Of a stretch of DNA of 50,586 bases, positions 24,034 to 37,924 are shown piece by piece. The DNA comes from Toensbergia leucococca. Lineage: Eukaryota. A program made the translations under genes and the position numbers. The number at the start of each line of letters is the position of its first letter. Position 1 is the first letter of the stretch. Location: the NCBI GenBank assembly GCA_022813965.1, contig JALDZS010000170.1, forward strand, positions 1 through 50,586. The letters are read 5' to 3'. A model generated the notes under the pieces. That model saw only the letters and a list, made by a program, of their open reading frames with translations, did no database searches and had not been told where the DNA came from.

Positions 24034-25950
24034 TCAGCATGAATCCGAATCTTTTTCTGTATTAGCAAGCGAAAAAGGATTCTGTCCTGGATAATGTCTT
24101 GTTCCTGAGCTCCATTTCCCTACGTAGTACGCTACATAGACACAAGCACTCTGTTGCTCTATAGGCGCCTCCATGGGATAGTGCTTTGCGGTCAGGTTCA
24201 TTGGCGATCTACTATTTAGCAGGATCTGTGAGAGAGCTTTTGACTTCCACGCCCATGTTAGATGGCCATGAATGATAAGCCACCAGATCATAAAAATGCG
24301 GACTCCGATCCTGGATTGGTTCTTGTGATTTAGAATATCGGATTTGGAGCGATCTGTTCTGGCGTTCTCTTTATGCCAAGCTCTGGTTTGGTTGACTTCT
24401 TCCATCGTGAGCCATGATATTGCGGTTATGAGAAGAACGATCACGGCTGTAATGATGAAGACTCCAATGTTGTGTCCACTGCTGTTAACCTGTTGATGTT
24501 CATTCCATATATTGAGGTCGCCGTGTTAAGGGGGGCGTAAATGAAAGCAAGGATTGTCACTGTAAACCTATACGTAAGCCTTTGTAGCGTCTCAAACGGA
24601 TAGAGAGACATACGGATCTTCACTGCTTTTGTGTGAGTACTACGTCTTGCATCTGGAACCAAGACCGCTTACCTCGCTTGCCTTCCTGAATTTGGTAGTT
24701 CGAGATCTTGATGAATTTCTATGATTCTTCCAAAGAAGATTGACCGGCCAGGAGCTGCATGTTGTCACGGATCTCTGTTTCAATGAGACGAGCGTCCCTG
24801 AGGGAATCTTTCCAAAGACAGTCGACTCGCCGACAGACCGAATCTTTTGACCAAATATCTTGTTGATATCCGCACACGTAGTTGATAAATTGGATTCTAT
24901 CTGCTTCAAAATCTTCGATATGACGCCGCAAATCAAATCGCTTGGTCGTAAAGTAGGAAGAAGCATCAAGAATGTCTTTCATCGAGAACTTCTTAGGATT
25001 GATGTAGTCGCTCCGCGCTAGCTTGGACTTTCGATGTAGGAGAAGGGCTTCCAAGTGTAAGAGAGGCAGCATTGAAAGCAACGAAATATCAGCGTCGTTG
25101 TTAGCGGCAGCTTCCATGTGGTAAATTAGATGGTTCAAAGACTTCACGTATGTTTTGCAGTGCTCGTTCCCACTAGGTGACAGTTGGTCCGCGTTGTAAC
25201 CATGCTGGCTCTCTACTTGTGGCGGAGGGCGGAATGGCGGTATCCGATCAAGATCTTTATAAACCTAAGAACTCCACATGTCGTCAATCTCGTAGGTTTT
25301 GATAGCCATGTCTTTGTCCAAGAAAGTTCCGAAGTCATCTGCTACCAGCAAGATAGGCGGCGCATCTTGGCCCGGAAGGTAATTGCGCGCAATGGTTGCA
25401 ACTTTGCCGCCTAGCTTGATCACGGATGGAATAATTGGCCCGATTTCTCTTCTTGTGTCAGCATATGACCTGTATCTTACTTTTCACAAGGCTCGAACGA
25501 ACCTGTTCGCTACGGCCACAACGAACTCTGGCCCGACTCTTAGCCCCAAGCCACAAACTTCGAGAAAGCGTGACGGTAGGATTCGAGCAGAATGCCCCCT
25601 CGGCTCCGTGGACTAGAGTAAGACTTGTGCACAGAAATTTCTTCGAGGTTGACGTATGGCCCTAAGTACATCTGCGGCGGTAGAATTGCCTCCGTCGTAG
25701 TGGTGCGTGCTGATAGTTATGGCGGAATCTGGGTCCTTTGATAGATCAATTGTGGAGCAGGAGAATCGAGCGAGATGGTCTGAATCAAAAGAGCGATCTT
25801 CAATCTTCTTTCTCCAAAGCACATCTTGCGCAAATCGACTTTCGTGCTCATAGGCCTCTAGATACTCTATGTAGGACGCAAACCCTGTTTCAGCCGCGAT
25901 TTTCTCCCAGCAGCTGTCAGCATCTTCGCTCAATCCAATATACTCTGGCC
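24034..25950 (-). pseudogene. CorA-like transmembrane-region fungal family protein, pseudogenised
   Basis: SSLEES*KFIKISNYQIQEGKR / TILAFIYAPLNTATSIYGMNI motif plus a second TM helix; in-frame stops at 25613 and 24719 and a frameshift just after GMNI. Ends approximate. Confidence 0.75.
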
Positions 25951-27063
25951 TGGTGAAAAAGCGTTAGTGAAGATCGAGTGAAAAGTTGAAGGATTAGATG
26001 AGCTCTTCACTTGCATTTGCAGGCTAATGGTGGGAATATGTGGAAGTCTCCCTCGATAGGAAAATAAGTGTTTCCAGTAAAGCCAAGGAATCTTTTTATC
26101 AGGCTCAAAGGGATCAACAAAGAGTGAGACCGTTTTACGGATTAGCTTTTGATAGACTCAATTGATCAAGGCAAAAGGTTTCACTGAGATGTAGCTTAAG
26201 ATGTCAAGCCCAACATATGGTTTCATAATATTCTAGTCTGTTCGTAGTAGGCTTTTGATTCTTCTGTTAAGCAATCGAGGAATGGCTTCCGGGCGGATAG
26301 AACTACATTTGCCGCCTCACCTTGATGTTTTCACTGGATTTCAAGAAGGTGGGTAGTCACTTCGATAATCGTTTTTCGCGCCTTGTATAATTTGTTGTCT
26401 GGTATGTGGAGTGGAATTGTTATGGAGTTGGTGTAGCTATCTTACCTATCTAACACCGAGTTACTCCGTACGAGTTTACTAATCACGGTACATGTTGTGA
26501 GCGGAAAGGAATAACAATGATCCAGGCAACCTATTCTAGTGCCCAATCAGGCAATCTTGTGCCCTCCTTCCAAAAGAAAACTCCCCCTTCCCCTTCACTC
26601 AAGCCGATCCCCAAATCGCAAAAATCCTAAACAGGTCAACTCAAAAGTGGAACAAGGAGTTATATTGTTTGGCAGAAATATGCAGTAACTAACTGTGCCA
26701 AAAAAAAAAGAGAAAAAAGTAGGTAGGGAGGCGACCAAAAAGGAATGGCGAAAAGGATCTCTGGGGGGAATTAGTAAAGATCTAAAGCCAGCGCGGAAGA
26801 TCCATCCATTTTTCCCCTTATGGTTTGGTGGTGAGGTGGTGGTGGTGCTGGGCGAAGTGCCATGTCATGACCAGAGATTCCAAGCAAGCAAGCACGTCCG
26901 AACAGAGAAGTCTCTGCGTTGTAAGTTTGATCTCTTTCTACGCTGCCGAGCTGAGGAGATGGCGCCACAAATCCGATTATGTACAAATATCTCAAATACA
27001 TTCTGACTTTTCTTTCCACTTCCTCTGCAACGTGCCTTTCATTGCATCGTCCCCCGTTTTGCA

Positions 27064-28179
27064 ATGCAGGCTCTTGAAACCTTGCTCCCAAACTTTGCGT
27101 CTGGCTCGCCGAATGCTGATGCCCCTTTTCCGTCTCGTACATCTTCTACATTCTTGACCGCACAGTCAAAAGCTCTGATTTCGCAACCTGCTCGTCTGGA
27201 CTTTACAGATGCCTCTCCCCGGGGGAAAGTGGTGCGGTTATCGCTCTTTCGTAGGTGTGAGGCCTCTTCTGTTACAAGTTACATAACTGGAGGTCCAAAC
27301 GCCGGTACAACCATATTCCTAGAGTGCGCGACTGGACCTTCGGATGGAGAGGGAACGTCCGGCTCGGACGACTACACTGCAGTTTTAGTGCTGAGTCTCG
27401 TGGTTGGCGTTCTGGGTCTTCCTGTGCTTTGGCTGGTGTATAAACGGCCATCGAGGTATTGTAAAGGGCGGTTGAAGCTATCTAATCAAACAAAAAGTAG
27501 GCCGCAGAGACCGCAGGGTATGAATGAGACAGCAGAAATTGTGACAAACGATGACGCGCACGAGAGAGTAGTCCATCCACCGCCGAACGATGTGGTAAAT
27601 CGCAGACTATCTGCCCCAAGTGGAGGGGCAGAACCTGCGCCGCCTACAGCTGGGGTAGAGAGCCATACCGGACAGTCGCGAGCAGGTGATGAAGAGGTTA
27701 GTCAAGAATCATTAGCCCTAAGATTTCCGAGCGATGAATCTGAAGACCTAGAGATAAAGAGCGTACACGATACAATGTCTCGGCAATCACATGGCGCGGA
27801 TGAAACGCATACAGTGAACCTAGAGTGGCTCGAAGACCTTCCACTTAGAGAACGGGCAGGCGGTCACGTCGGGATGACAGAGACAAATGGTGATGAGAAT
27901 GGTCAAAAAAGAGGGAACAGGACGACGGGGAAACAATCTGGAAAGAAGCACTCATTGCCACCGGACTTGGACAAGGTTGGAGAGACCGAGGCGTCGAGGG
28001 CATTAGGAGATGATGCAACGACAAGAACACATACAAGGGAACGATGGTCTTACAGGCCACCCAGCGAGAACATAGTTGCAGTGCCGGACCGAGATCGGAG
28101 ACCGTACTATCCGCGGGAGTCGAGAGCGGTGGATATATTAGCTCAACAGACAGAAAGTAATGTGATCGGACGATGGTAG
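27064..28179 (+). CDS. Hypothetical single-pass membrane protein
   Basis: 371-codon ORF with one hydrophobic helix (VLVLSLVVGVLGLPVLWLVY) followed by basic residues and a disordered tail; start uncertain. Confidence 0.5.
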   Translation: MQALETLLPNFASGSPNADAPFPSRTSSTFLTAQSKALISQPARLDFTDASPRGKVVRLSLFRRCEASSVTSYITGGPNAGTTIFLECATGPSDGEGTSGSDDYTAVLVLSLVVGVLGLPVLWLVYKRPSRYCKGRLKLSNQTKSRPQRPQGMNETAEIVTNDDAHERVVHPPPNDVVNRRLSAPSGGAEPAPPTAGVESHTGQSRAGDEEVSQESLALRFPSDESEDLEIKSVHDTMSRQSHGADETHTVNLEWLEDLPLRERAGGHVGMTETNGDENGQKRGNRTTGKQSGKKHSLPPDLDKVGETEASRALGDDATTRTHTRERWSYRPPSENIVAVPDRDRRPYYPRESRAVDILAQQTESNVIGRW

Positions 28180-28453
28180 CATGAAAGGAAAAAAGACACC
28201 TCCGGCTCGTGACTTCCATACGAAGCGGTACTCGAGTTGATTCCCTAGCGGGAACGTATGGAGTAAGGCTCAGAAAGATTGATTGAGCCTAAGAGTTAGG
28301 CGGCTTGACCTCTGTACACAACCTCTACTTCAATACTCTTCGTAATAGTATCAGATCATCTTTAAAATACAACCGCTGTGGGTACTGCTCATTGCTTGTG
28401 ATTCTTACACTTCAATGACCCCATCTCTGGAATACCCTTGTCTCGTGGTCCAA

Positions 28454-28972
28454 TCATTTAAAGATGATCATATGTCTCCTCCCCCCATTGAACTTCTCTA
28501 CCCTCTGCTGCCTCAGCGCATCAGCTCGGCCTGACTTCTCGACTCGGGGAGACTTTTTTGTTGGCCGTTCTAAATATGGACCCGCGTTGATAGGGGAAAA
28601 TGAGTACTGCCGAATTGTAGGCACAGGGAGATGCTCAAGTTCAGGTGGAATGAAATGCTGCATGTCGGTCAAGGAGGAGTACGGTACGGGAAGAACTTCT
28701 GCGTTTTCTGAAAAAGAGCCTCGCGGATATATCTGTTTGAGAGGGGTTTTCTCGCTGTGAGGGGGAGAGCGAGGTCGAGGTGAGGAAGAGGTTAGTCGAG
28801 AAAGGCGAAGTAGGAAGAGTATCAGGAGAAAAATGGTGGCGAGTAGGAACAAGACTGCTAACAGATAGAAGAAGGGTAGGCATATTTTAGATATGTGATT
28901 ATGTTGCCGGTGAAACGAAGAAGGTGGGCTTGTAAAGGCATCTGGAGATTTTGATGAGATGGCGGGCATCAT
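28454..28972 (-). CDS. Hypothetical small single-pass membrane protein
   Basis: 172-codon ORF with strong TM segment LPFFYLLAVLFLLATIFLLILFLL followed by RLSR. Confidence 0.5.
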   Translation of the reverse strand: MMPAISSKSPDAFTSPPSSFHRQHNHISKICLPFFYLLAVLFLLATIFLLILFLLRLSRLTSSSPRPRSPPHSEKTPLKQIYPRGSFSENAEVLPVPYSSLTDMQHFIPPELEHLPVPTIRQYSFSPINAGPYLERPTKKSPRVEKSGRADALRQQRVEKFNGGRRHMIIFK

Positions 28973-29874
28973 AACGGGGGAGAGTCTTGACTCGATTTAA
29001 TTCGAGACATTCTAAAGAAGGGGGTGTGGTTCTTTTGAATGGCTCGTATACTGTCATTGGTTAGTAGGCCAGACATGAAAGAGAAAATACAAATCAAAAC
29101 AGTCTCCCGTGACTTTAGCACAATGCGGGCGAGCATCTCCTAGGGCTTAATAAAGTCAGTGCCGCCGCTCCTCATAATGCAGGATGGCAAAGTAGCAGCT
29201 CTCTAGGTCTCTCACAAAAGTGCGTTGGAAAAACATAGCGCTGCACTGTTGGTATATTCAGCTGAAAGGCAGAGCTGACAAGAAGCCTCCGAAGGGATTT
29301 CGAAGGGTCAGGTGAGGTCTGAGGGTTGGCTACGGGAAGCAGAGTCTATTCAGTGCATGGGTGATGCCGGAATGTGTTGCTGTTCTCTAGATGCTTGGAC
29401 TTTGCAAGATGGTGGTGGGTACGAAGGAAGAAAGTATCTGGTGGAAGTGGAAGTGGAAGTGGAATGTTCAGCTGAGGTTGCTTGACCCTGGCGTCGATCA
29501 ATGCGTGCCATTCGCCATTCGCCCTGTGGCAAGCGACTTCAGCTCCACAACAAGTCCTCAGACCGTCCACCAGATCGCCATCGATCCAAAGTGGCATGGC
29601 CCTTCTATTTCAGGCGCTTGGCATCGACTGTGTGGCACATTGTGCCGTCGTGACCGAGATGGTGCAAGTTCTTCTCTAAGCATCAAAAGTCTTTTTCCTT
29701 TTTGCGCAGTACCGCCGAGTGCCACCTCCACTATCAAGAGAACTCGAACCACTGTGGCTATCGCATCTTTTCTTTATTGGCTCCCGCGAGAATCTAGACC
29801 ACGCCGTCAAGATTAACGAGAGACATCAGTATGTCACTTCTCTGCAACTACTCTCATTCCCTATCTATTCAAAC

Positions 29875-31825
29875 CTATCTGATGCCGATCTCACAGGCTT
29901 CTTCTCTTCTCTCGTCACAGTCGTGACGTCTTTCCTTCTCCATAAGCACGCGCCTGCTCACGCAATGTTCTACGTATAATTTTACCTGATGGGTTTCTTG
30001 GAATCGAATCGACGAACACGACGCCACCTACCAATCTCTTCAGCTTTGACACACGTTTGCCTACAAAAGCCATGATGTCTTCTATATTACTTGGCTTTCC
30101 AGGCGAGGTGACAACGTATGCTCGGGGAAACTCTTCCCCATCTCTGTACCGTGTCTAGTCAGCTCATCTTGCCCTTCTTTGGGACATATATGAATCCATA
30201 CATATTTACTCCAATGACTGCGGCATCTGCAACACTCGGATGCTTTAGAAGGAGCGCCTGCCTAGCATTAGAGCTGCGTACGCCCCCGGAGTGGAACTAG
30301 TGCACTTACCTCCAATTCTGCTGGGGCTACCTGAAATCCTTTGACCTTGATAAGTTCCTACGGATATTAGTCATTCGTCGTTTACTTGAATTTTGGAAAT
30401 ATACCTTTTTTCGATCAACAATGAAAAACTTCTCATGTTGATCCACGTAGCCAATGTCCCCCGTCATCAACCAACCATCTTTTGTCAGTATTTCGTTGGT
30501 AGCTTTCTCATTTCGCCAATACCCCTTCATCACATTCGGCCCTTTGGCCCAGATTTCGCCGTGTTCTCCCAGTGGAACTTCTGCCGTGCCATCTTCGTTC
30601 ATGATTTTAGCCTCGCAGTTGGCTAACAATTCCCCAACAGAGGACGTCGTTGAAGTTTGGCGTGGATCCCAGCCAAGAACAGCACAAGTTAGTCTGGTAT
30701 TCTGTATTAGCGCCAGTCACTCCATCTTGGACATGGGTGAGGGAAAGCTCACTCGGTCATGCCCCATCCTTGCGTGACGTTTACCCTAATCGGCTCCCCT
30801 TCACCTCTCCAAAGATTCTCCAGCTCACTACTGATCTCCCTTCCTAGCGGCGCTGCTCCGCTAACAACCCGTAAGACACTGCTTAAATCCCAATCCCCTC
30901 GTCTAACTCTCTTATCCTTGACCATCATTACCACAACGGGAGGCACTAAGACCAGGTGAGTTATCCGAAATTGCTGGATACAGTCTAGCATCTTTTCAAA
31001 TTCGAATCTGGGCATAATATAGACAGGTATACGTCGCAAAGGCGCAGTTACTAAGAAGACTGTTTGAGCATATGTGTGGTACATTGGCAGATAGCAAAGC
31101 CAGCGATTCTGGACACAAAAGTGGGGCATATCGCGTTCCAAGTCAAATAACTGTGCTACTTGAAGCGTATGCGCAACATAATTCCAATGGGTAATTTCGA
31201 CGCCTTTAGGGAGGCCCGTGGTACCGGAGGAGTAATTGAGAACTGCTGTCTTGGATGACTCGGCCGCGTTAGAGATATTATCCCAGCAGAAGGACTGGCC
31301 GTCAGAAACGGATCCGAAAAGAACAGACCAGTGACGGCAGCCATGGAGCTCTTGGCTTGAATGCAGTTCAATATTGTCGTCGAAGAGAAAGACTCGAGAT
31401 TTCGGGAATGAGACTTGAGCAGCGGCTTCAAGGCCTATTTCTAGACTTCCTGCAGCGCAGAGTAGATAAAGAGCCTCGCTATCCTTGAGTTGGTGTAATA
31501 CTTCTCTGGCAACGTAGGTAGGACTAGCACCGGTGAAAATACCACCGGCCATAATCACGCCCATGAAAGCAACGGGGAAAAAAAGGCTGTTGCCACCAAA
31601 GAGAAGGAGACGATCCCCATCCTGCAGACCTGAGTGGCGAAGACCGGCGGCGAAGCGCTGGGAACAGAGACGGTAGTCATTGAGAGTGAGGAAATTGGCG
31701 GATGGGTTGTCGGCATCTATCAGGGCAGGTGTTGTCGTGGAGAGTGGGAGGGTGGGAGAGGTGAAGAGGAGTGACGGCAGCGAGGTGTGAGGAATGTCAA
31801 CTTGCCAGCGAGACTTCATTGGCAT
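29875..31825 (-). CDS. 4-coumarate-CoA-ligase-like acyl-CoA synthetase (ANL superfamily)
   Basis: YSSGTTGLPKG, SGAAPL, QGWGMTE, GEIWAKGPNVMKGY, GWLMTGDIGY, IVDRKK, QVAPAELE, IPRNPSGKIIRR; canonical introns in the 3' half. Confidence 0.93.
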
Positions 31826-32357
31826 ATTTTCGGTGGTGTTGTAATGTTAATATTATGAGAGATACTTTGAAATTGAAAGAAGAAGGGTGGTACTTAAGAT
31901 TGGGTCAGGCTTCCATCTGTGAATGGCATAGTGAATCGGAATACAGGGCCGCGAAACAGATCAAAAACAATGTAAAGACAAACCAGGTCGCACAGCATCA
32001 GCAGGAGTGTTTTTAACCCCAATCAAATATGTCTTCTCGCAACTTGAGGTAGCAGAGCAATTCAGGGAAAATCGCTGGTAAATTTGTATGGCTACGGTAC
32101 AGTACTACCTACATTCAGGAGTGATGCAGACGGGTTGAGAACGAGGTTGAACTCCCAGGCAGTCCTGCTCCTGCTCGAATTCTGCTCAGATCGAATAGAT
32201 ACTTGTCAGTGCCTCACTAAACAAGGTCACAGAGACAGAGAATTGCCTCGAAGGAAAATCTCTCCACAGCCTTGAGACTGCCAAAAATAAGATACCTTCC
32301 CAAGACTCCGTACCCTACTATCCTTTGAATATGTCGTAAAGCATTAGATGCCATAAT

Positions 32358-35300
32358 TCATGTCGTCCCTCTATCATACCCTCCATTATATCTCCCCACG
32401 TTAATTTGAGCTGCCATTTGAGCCTCCCTGAACTTTTCAAAGCCTGCCGGATCTTGTTTTTCCAGCTCGATCAAATCATCCGCAGAAGCCCCGATAGCTT
32501 CGAGCAAAGCTTCGACCCCTGACTGCTCAACCGTCTCTTGAATCTCCTTGCCATTCAAACTCTCCAATTTCTCTCGGATCTTACGTAAGTGCTGCGTCTC
32601 GTCTTCTTGCCCTGTTGTGCCGTGCGCGTAATCAAGGCTTTGTGGCAGAAGAATGTCTCGACGCAATTGTTGGCCCACACGATGCATCCGGCCCTCTTCT
32701 TGCGCCAGATAACGTGAAGCAAGTGAAACATCGGAATTGTGCCGCGGGTTCGGCATGTGAATAGCTTCCTCGTCCTCTTCTTCTGCATTGTCGCCTTCAA
32801 TCGTGGCGACAGTCCCTTCTGGCTTTGGAACATCCGCCAGGAATGTATCCTTGAAAGGTGACACCTCGTCGCCGTAGCTGGACGTAGGAACCTTGGGTAC
32901 GAGGCGGCACTCGGGATATTCATCTTCGAAACGTTGGATCATCCTCTCCAAAGTAGAATCTAAGAATTGCAAGCGCCCTGGTAGGTCATTCAGTCAGCAC
33001 GCATCATCGCGTCAAAGACAGACACAAACTTACTATAGCTCATCTCATCACCGTTCTTAGCTTCCCTGACCAAAGCCGGTTGCAGCCTTGCTCTTATCTT
33101 CCTAGCGCTACCCAGCAGATTCTTTGACATTTCTTTCGCCTTGCCTTTCCTCATCTCAGCCCCTTGAATTATCTGCTTCGGCGTTGCCGTACCACTGTTG
33201 GACGGTGTTGTATCACGCGAAGGCCTTCTGTAATCCGCTGCATTGTTGCCGAGACAAATTCCTAGAGCTTTGACGACGCCAGTACCACCGACAATATAAT
33301 CGTCATCGGGTGCTGCCTCATCATTGTCATGATTTTCTGGATAATCTTCCACATGGCCAACAAGGTGCAACAGTATGTCTGGCACACTGAAATGCTTGTC
33401 AGGGTGACTGGGATCAGTGGTGCCTGTAGCTGTAAGCTCGTCGACTTCTGGGACAGCTCCACGTTCCATATTTCGCAATGAATATGCGACGACTTGCTTC
33501 GCAAGGGCCTTCACGACGTCGCTAGAATCTTGACTCGGAACGTCAATGTCGATGCAAATAAGAGAGGATGACACTCGTACTGCGGCCATCAAGGAAGCAT
33601 AGAGAGCGCAAGCTTCTTCCTGGCCCGTTTCGTCTTGAGCAGAGGCGAGTGCTGTTAATTGAGGATTTTCCAAAATGTTGAGATGTGCAAGATGAGGACT
33701 TTCTGGCAAGACCTCGGCCAGCGCAATGGCATGTTCGGGCGACATTGACACATCTGCAAGATGGACTCTCTTCAGTACGGGTAATTGAGGCAGGTACTTC
33801 CGAAGTAGATTGAGTGCATTTGGTTGAGTGGCGAAGAGATCCCGATTGTGCGAGAGATCAATGAAACGAAAGTTCGGGAGTCGAACAAGTGCAGGAAGCA
33901 ACGGCTCAAGTGACGGTGGTGAGAGATTACAATCCGCGAGGCTCAATGCATAAAGGGAATTCTGGTCGTGCAAAACCTCTGCTAGGATGTGCAGGCTGTC
34001 GTGGAAATCATTACCGCCAAGATCCAGTCCCTCGCATACACCGTTCTGCACATAGCGTGTTACAATCTGCAAACCTTCAGGCGTTATGCTGTTACTCGCG
34101 AGGCCTAGTCTCTTGAGGCCGCAATTTATCGCCCCATCAACAATGTTTTCAATGTTATCGGTGGTAAAGCCACATTCAGCCATGACGAGTTCTTCCAAAG
34201 AGCCTCCTCCAAGCCTTTCGGACAGTGCTGTTTGGAGGACACTTGATATGTCAGTTGAAGATTTGGAGTTGGTTGAAATTCGTAGTAATGAGTGGCTACT
34301 CGAAGCAGCTGAAGGTTGCGGGAAAGGGATCATGGATAAGTCTATAGCTTTGATAGATTTGGACATGTTGAGGAACAAGGTTATGTGTCGCCAACCATCT
34401 CGTCCGATCTTGGGGTTGTTCTTCAGTGACAGTTTCTCAATTACACCTAGCCGCTCTGAGCCTCCTTTGGCTTGCCCGCAGGCCTTTTTAGCCAAGTGTT
34501 TGTTGTACTTTGCTTGTTCGGGAGTCTTCGCTGCAAGAAGACCAGCCAGAATGACCCGCACCGCTTCGTCACCTAGACCACAGTCTTCCATCATCAGTTT
34601 TTTCACAGGAACAACCGCTAAGTAATCTCCGAGGGTAACAATTTCTGGTAACTCCATGCAATACCCTGATAGATCCAAGCATGAGATAATACCTGGCGTA
34701 GCTATGAGGCAAGCGGATGGCGAGGAGAGCTGGTCAGCGATCCTTTTCAGAACCGGTGTTTCTCTTAGCTGGGAACATCGTTTGTATATGCGCAGAGGGT
34801 CCGTCGTTGGTCGATTCTGTGATTTCAGGTGGGTCTCACTGTCATTTGGTGATCCAGCTATGCTACTGCTGCTGCTACCGTCTCCCACCACCTCTACCGG
34901 GACGCTTCCATTTGTCAATGCCTCCTGCCTCTTGCGCTCCTTTCGCTCCTTTCGTTCCTCCTCCGACCGCTTTTTCTTCTCCTTTCGTCTTGGATCCTTG
35001 ACTTCTTCGGTAAGTGGCTCCAAAGATTTTGAAACCATCTCATGATCAAGGACTTCGCCACTAGTTTTGACAACCCCATTTTGTTCCTTTTCTGCAGCTA
35101 CATTTCGCGGATTTTTCAAGGCTTCTCCCTCGCCCTTCTTCAGCTTCTGATCCTTCTTCTTCTTGACGTCTATGCGTTTCTCTATTTGGGTGAGGCTCGC
35201 TCTTCTTTCTGGCTGAGGAGGCGGCGGCTCTTCAGGCTCCTCGGCTTCTTCCTCGGTATACCGGGCAGGAGCGGCAATTTCGACATCGACGCTGAAAGCC

Positions 35301-36164
35301 ACCCGCCGCAACTTAGCCACCTCTAGATCAGGAATGCTGCATCGTTCGCGGTAAGGATCGATATTCATGACCCTTCTTGGACATGGACAGGCTTCGCCAG
35401 TGCTTGCCGCCTTTCCCATCGTGGTATTGCCGCTGGATGACAGTCGCCGAAATGCGCTTGATAGGAAGGAAGGGTGGCCGGACTTGGGAGACTGTTGGGG
35501 CTGGGATGCTGAGAGTTCCGATTTCTTAACTTCTTTAACGCCCTGGGGAACAGCCGCAGCAAAGGGATTTGGCGATTCCAATCCCGGACTGATCGGTGGC
35601 TTTGTTTCCTGGGGTGAGACAGGGCGGGCGGAGACAGGGCGGCCGGCAACAGGTGGTGGGCTCGGAGCACTAGAAAACTTGGAACTGATGTTGGAAATCC
35701 ATGAATTCCGTCTACCCGGTGAAGTAAGAGGAGCTGGTCTCATATCCTTGACATTTTTCGATGAGGGGTGAACTGGCGGTACTGGTCTTTCGGAACTTGC
35801 ATTATTATGAAGGTGGGGTCGATGTAAGTGCGTATGATTCGGAGAAGTAGTTGCCCCATTTGCCTCAAGTAATGAGGACCCGTCCTTGACCTGTGGTTGG
35901 TCATCCGGTGCTGAAGATGGAGTAGATGGGGCAGTGGAAACAGGAGTGGCGTTCGAGTGATGGTCTACATAGCGAGGTACTGTCAGTGTCTCTCAAGGAT
36001 GACGAGATACATATGGGCATCTCGGATGCGAACATAAATTGAATGAATACTTGAGATGGCCACGTTTCTGCGCGCATCGAGTTCTCGGACGATGCTTAGA
36101 ATAGGTGCTTACCTTTATGCGAATGATGTAGCCAACTGACGTCGACTCCATGTATGCCTTCCAT
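32358..36164 (-). CDS. MHP1: Mhp1-like leucine-rich-repeat (RNI-like) protein
   Basis: Exon 1 MEGIHGVDVSWLHH; RRVAFSVDVEIA (RVxF-like), IYKRCSQLRE, several LRRs (LKRLGLASNSI, LDLGGNDF, LSLADCNL), last exon FLDSTLERMIQRFEDEYPECR. Confidence 0.82.
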
Positions 36165-36831
36165 TGTGCCCACGATTGCAATGATACCAATAATCAGATT
36201 TCAAAGAGTAGCACTGTCAGTGGAGCACGAGATTACCTACTAGATCCTCATACTGGGAGTGATGGCGGGGTCAGCAACATACATAAATATCGGCAGGCAT
36301 CTTGGCAGGATGGCTCGATGACACCGAAATTGCCTCTCGTAATCGGTATGATAATCAGCATTGGTCATCCTGGTGATCCCCTTCACAAGTAAACGCCAGG
36401 AACGCCAGGAACAGACAATCAGCTTGAGTGGCTTCTGTTACAGAACTACTAAGGATATCTAGTAGAACAAATCCGAAAAGATGGATGACTGAGTGCCACA
36501 GTCTTGACTACAACATCCTAGTATTCTAATGCCTGGGTAGAAATGTTATTGCTAAAAGCTCACAGACAGATCAAGGATTTGCATTACATTACCTTACCCC
36601 TCGAACCGTAGCGTTAACAGATTTCAGACACGGCTCTGAACTGAGGTCTTACCTTAAAAGGAGCAGCGTGCAGCTAGGGTCACTCATCATCACGTGCTCG
36701 TAGATTTCTCATGGAAATGGATAGAACTCTAGGTTGGGCTATGAATCGCTTTATTTGTAGCATTTTAGCTCAGCAGCAACACGTTGTAGACCTCGGTGAT
36801 CGCAACGCCAGACCCAACCTATCAAGCCAAC

Positions 36832-37924
36832 CTACATGGCAGACTTGACAGCCTCGATCTTCGCCTTGACTCTATCCTGCTTCTCTTCTTTGCTCAACTT
36901 AGCCTTCTTGTACTTCTTTGACTCTTCCTTGTGCTCTTCCTTCGTCTTCTTTTCACCCTCATCTTCATCCTTCTTAAAAGGGTCCTCACGGATAGCCTTG
37001 TGCGCCTCTTGATACAGCTCCTCCAAGCCGTCTGCCTCTATGTCCTCGTCGATATATCCTTGAAATTGTGACTTGTACCGCTCTTCATCATCGTCTGCAA
37101 GAGTCTCCATGTATTCGGCAATGTGTCCTCCAAAAATGTATTTGCGTAGAGTTTCAGCGTCGAGGCTCTTAGTTTCGATGTCGTAGCCGGGAAAGCGGTT
37201 CTCGGAATGCGGGATTAAGATACCACCATCGGAAGCACCCTTCATGGCACCAAATATCCTAGCTCCAGTAGATGTACGAGCGAGCCCAACATCCAAGTAA
37301 CACTTAAACGGGCGACGTTCCTCTCCATCAACCTCTGCAGCCTCGGTAAGCTTGTACTCGCCGTCTGCTTCTTCGATCCCAGAGAACGACTCGTCTAGCC
37401 CCAATTTTTTCAGAGCACGACGTGCAATAAGCAAGCCAGTGGAGTAAGCGGCTGCCCAGTTGGTGAGTCCATGCTTGATACCGTATCGCTTTAATTCGTG
37501 CGAGTATGCAGCGCAGAAAACTTTATCGCCAGTGATCTCCGAGGTGACGATTTGAATGACGATATCACGATTGGTAAAGCGCACGACAAGGCGATATTTG
37601 GGCGCATTGTACTTGTTCTTGGCTTGTGTGATCAGACGTTTGCGAGCATAGTAGTCGGTTTTACCGGCTCTACGACGCTTGTATTTGGTTTGATAGCGGC
37701 TGTGAAACATCAGATGTCTATCAATACCGCCGACTATTATTAATGACGATACTCACCTGTAGTAGGCACTATTTTTGACCAGCTTGGTGAAAGGCTGTAG
37801 AACAATCCGGAGTCAGCAATTTACGCTTCAGTTTCCCTCCGAAGCTTCTTGCGTGGACTCGGCGCATCTCTCTGCTCCATAAGGAACGCTTGAGGATTAT
37901 CAAGCTGGGTAGGTGACATACCAT
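36832..37924 (-). CDS. RPL5: 60S ribosomal protein L5 (uL18)
   Basis: ATG-only first coding exon, [56 protein letters not shown]. Confidence 0.98.

Noticed and set aside
29875..31825. Secondary-metabolite gene cluster around the acyl-CoA ligase
   Set aside because: No PKS, NRPS, terpene synthase or tailoring genes in the window.
37795..37921. snoRNA in RPL5 intron 1
   Set aside because: No convincing C box (RTGATGA) or H/ACA layout.
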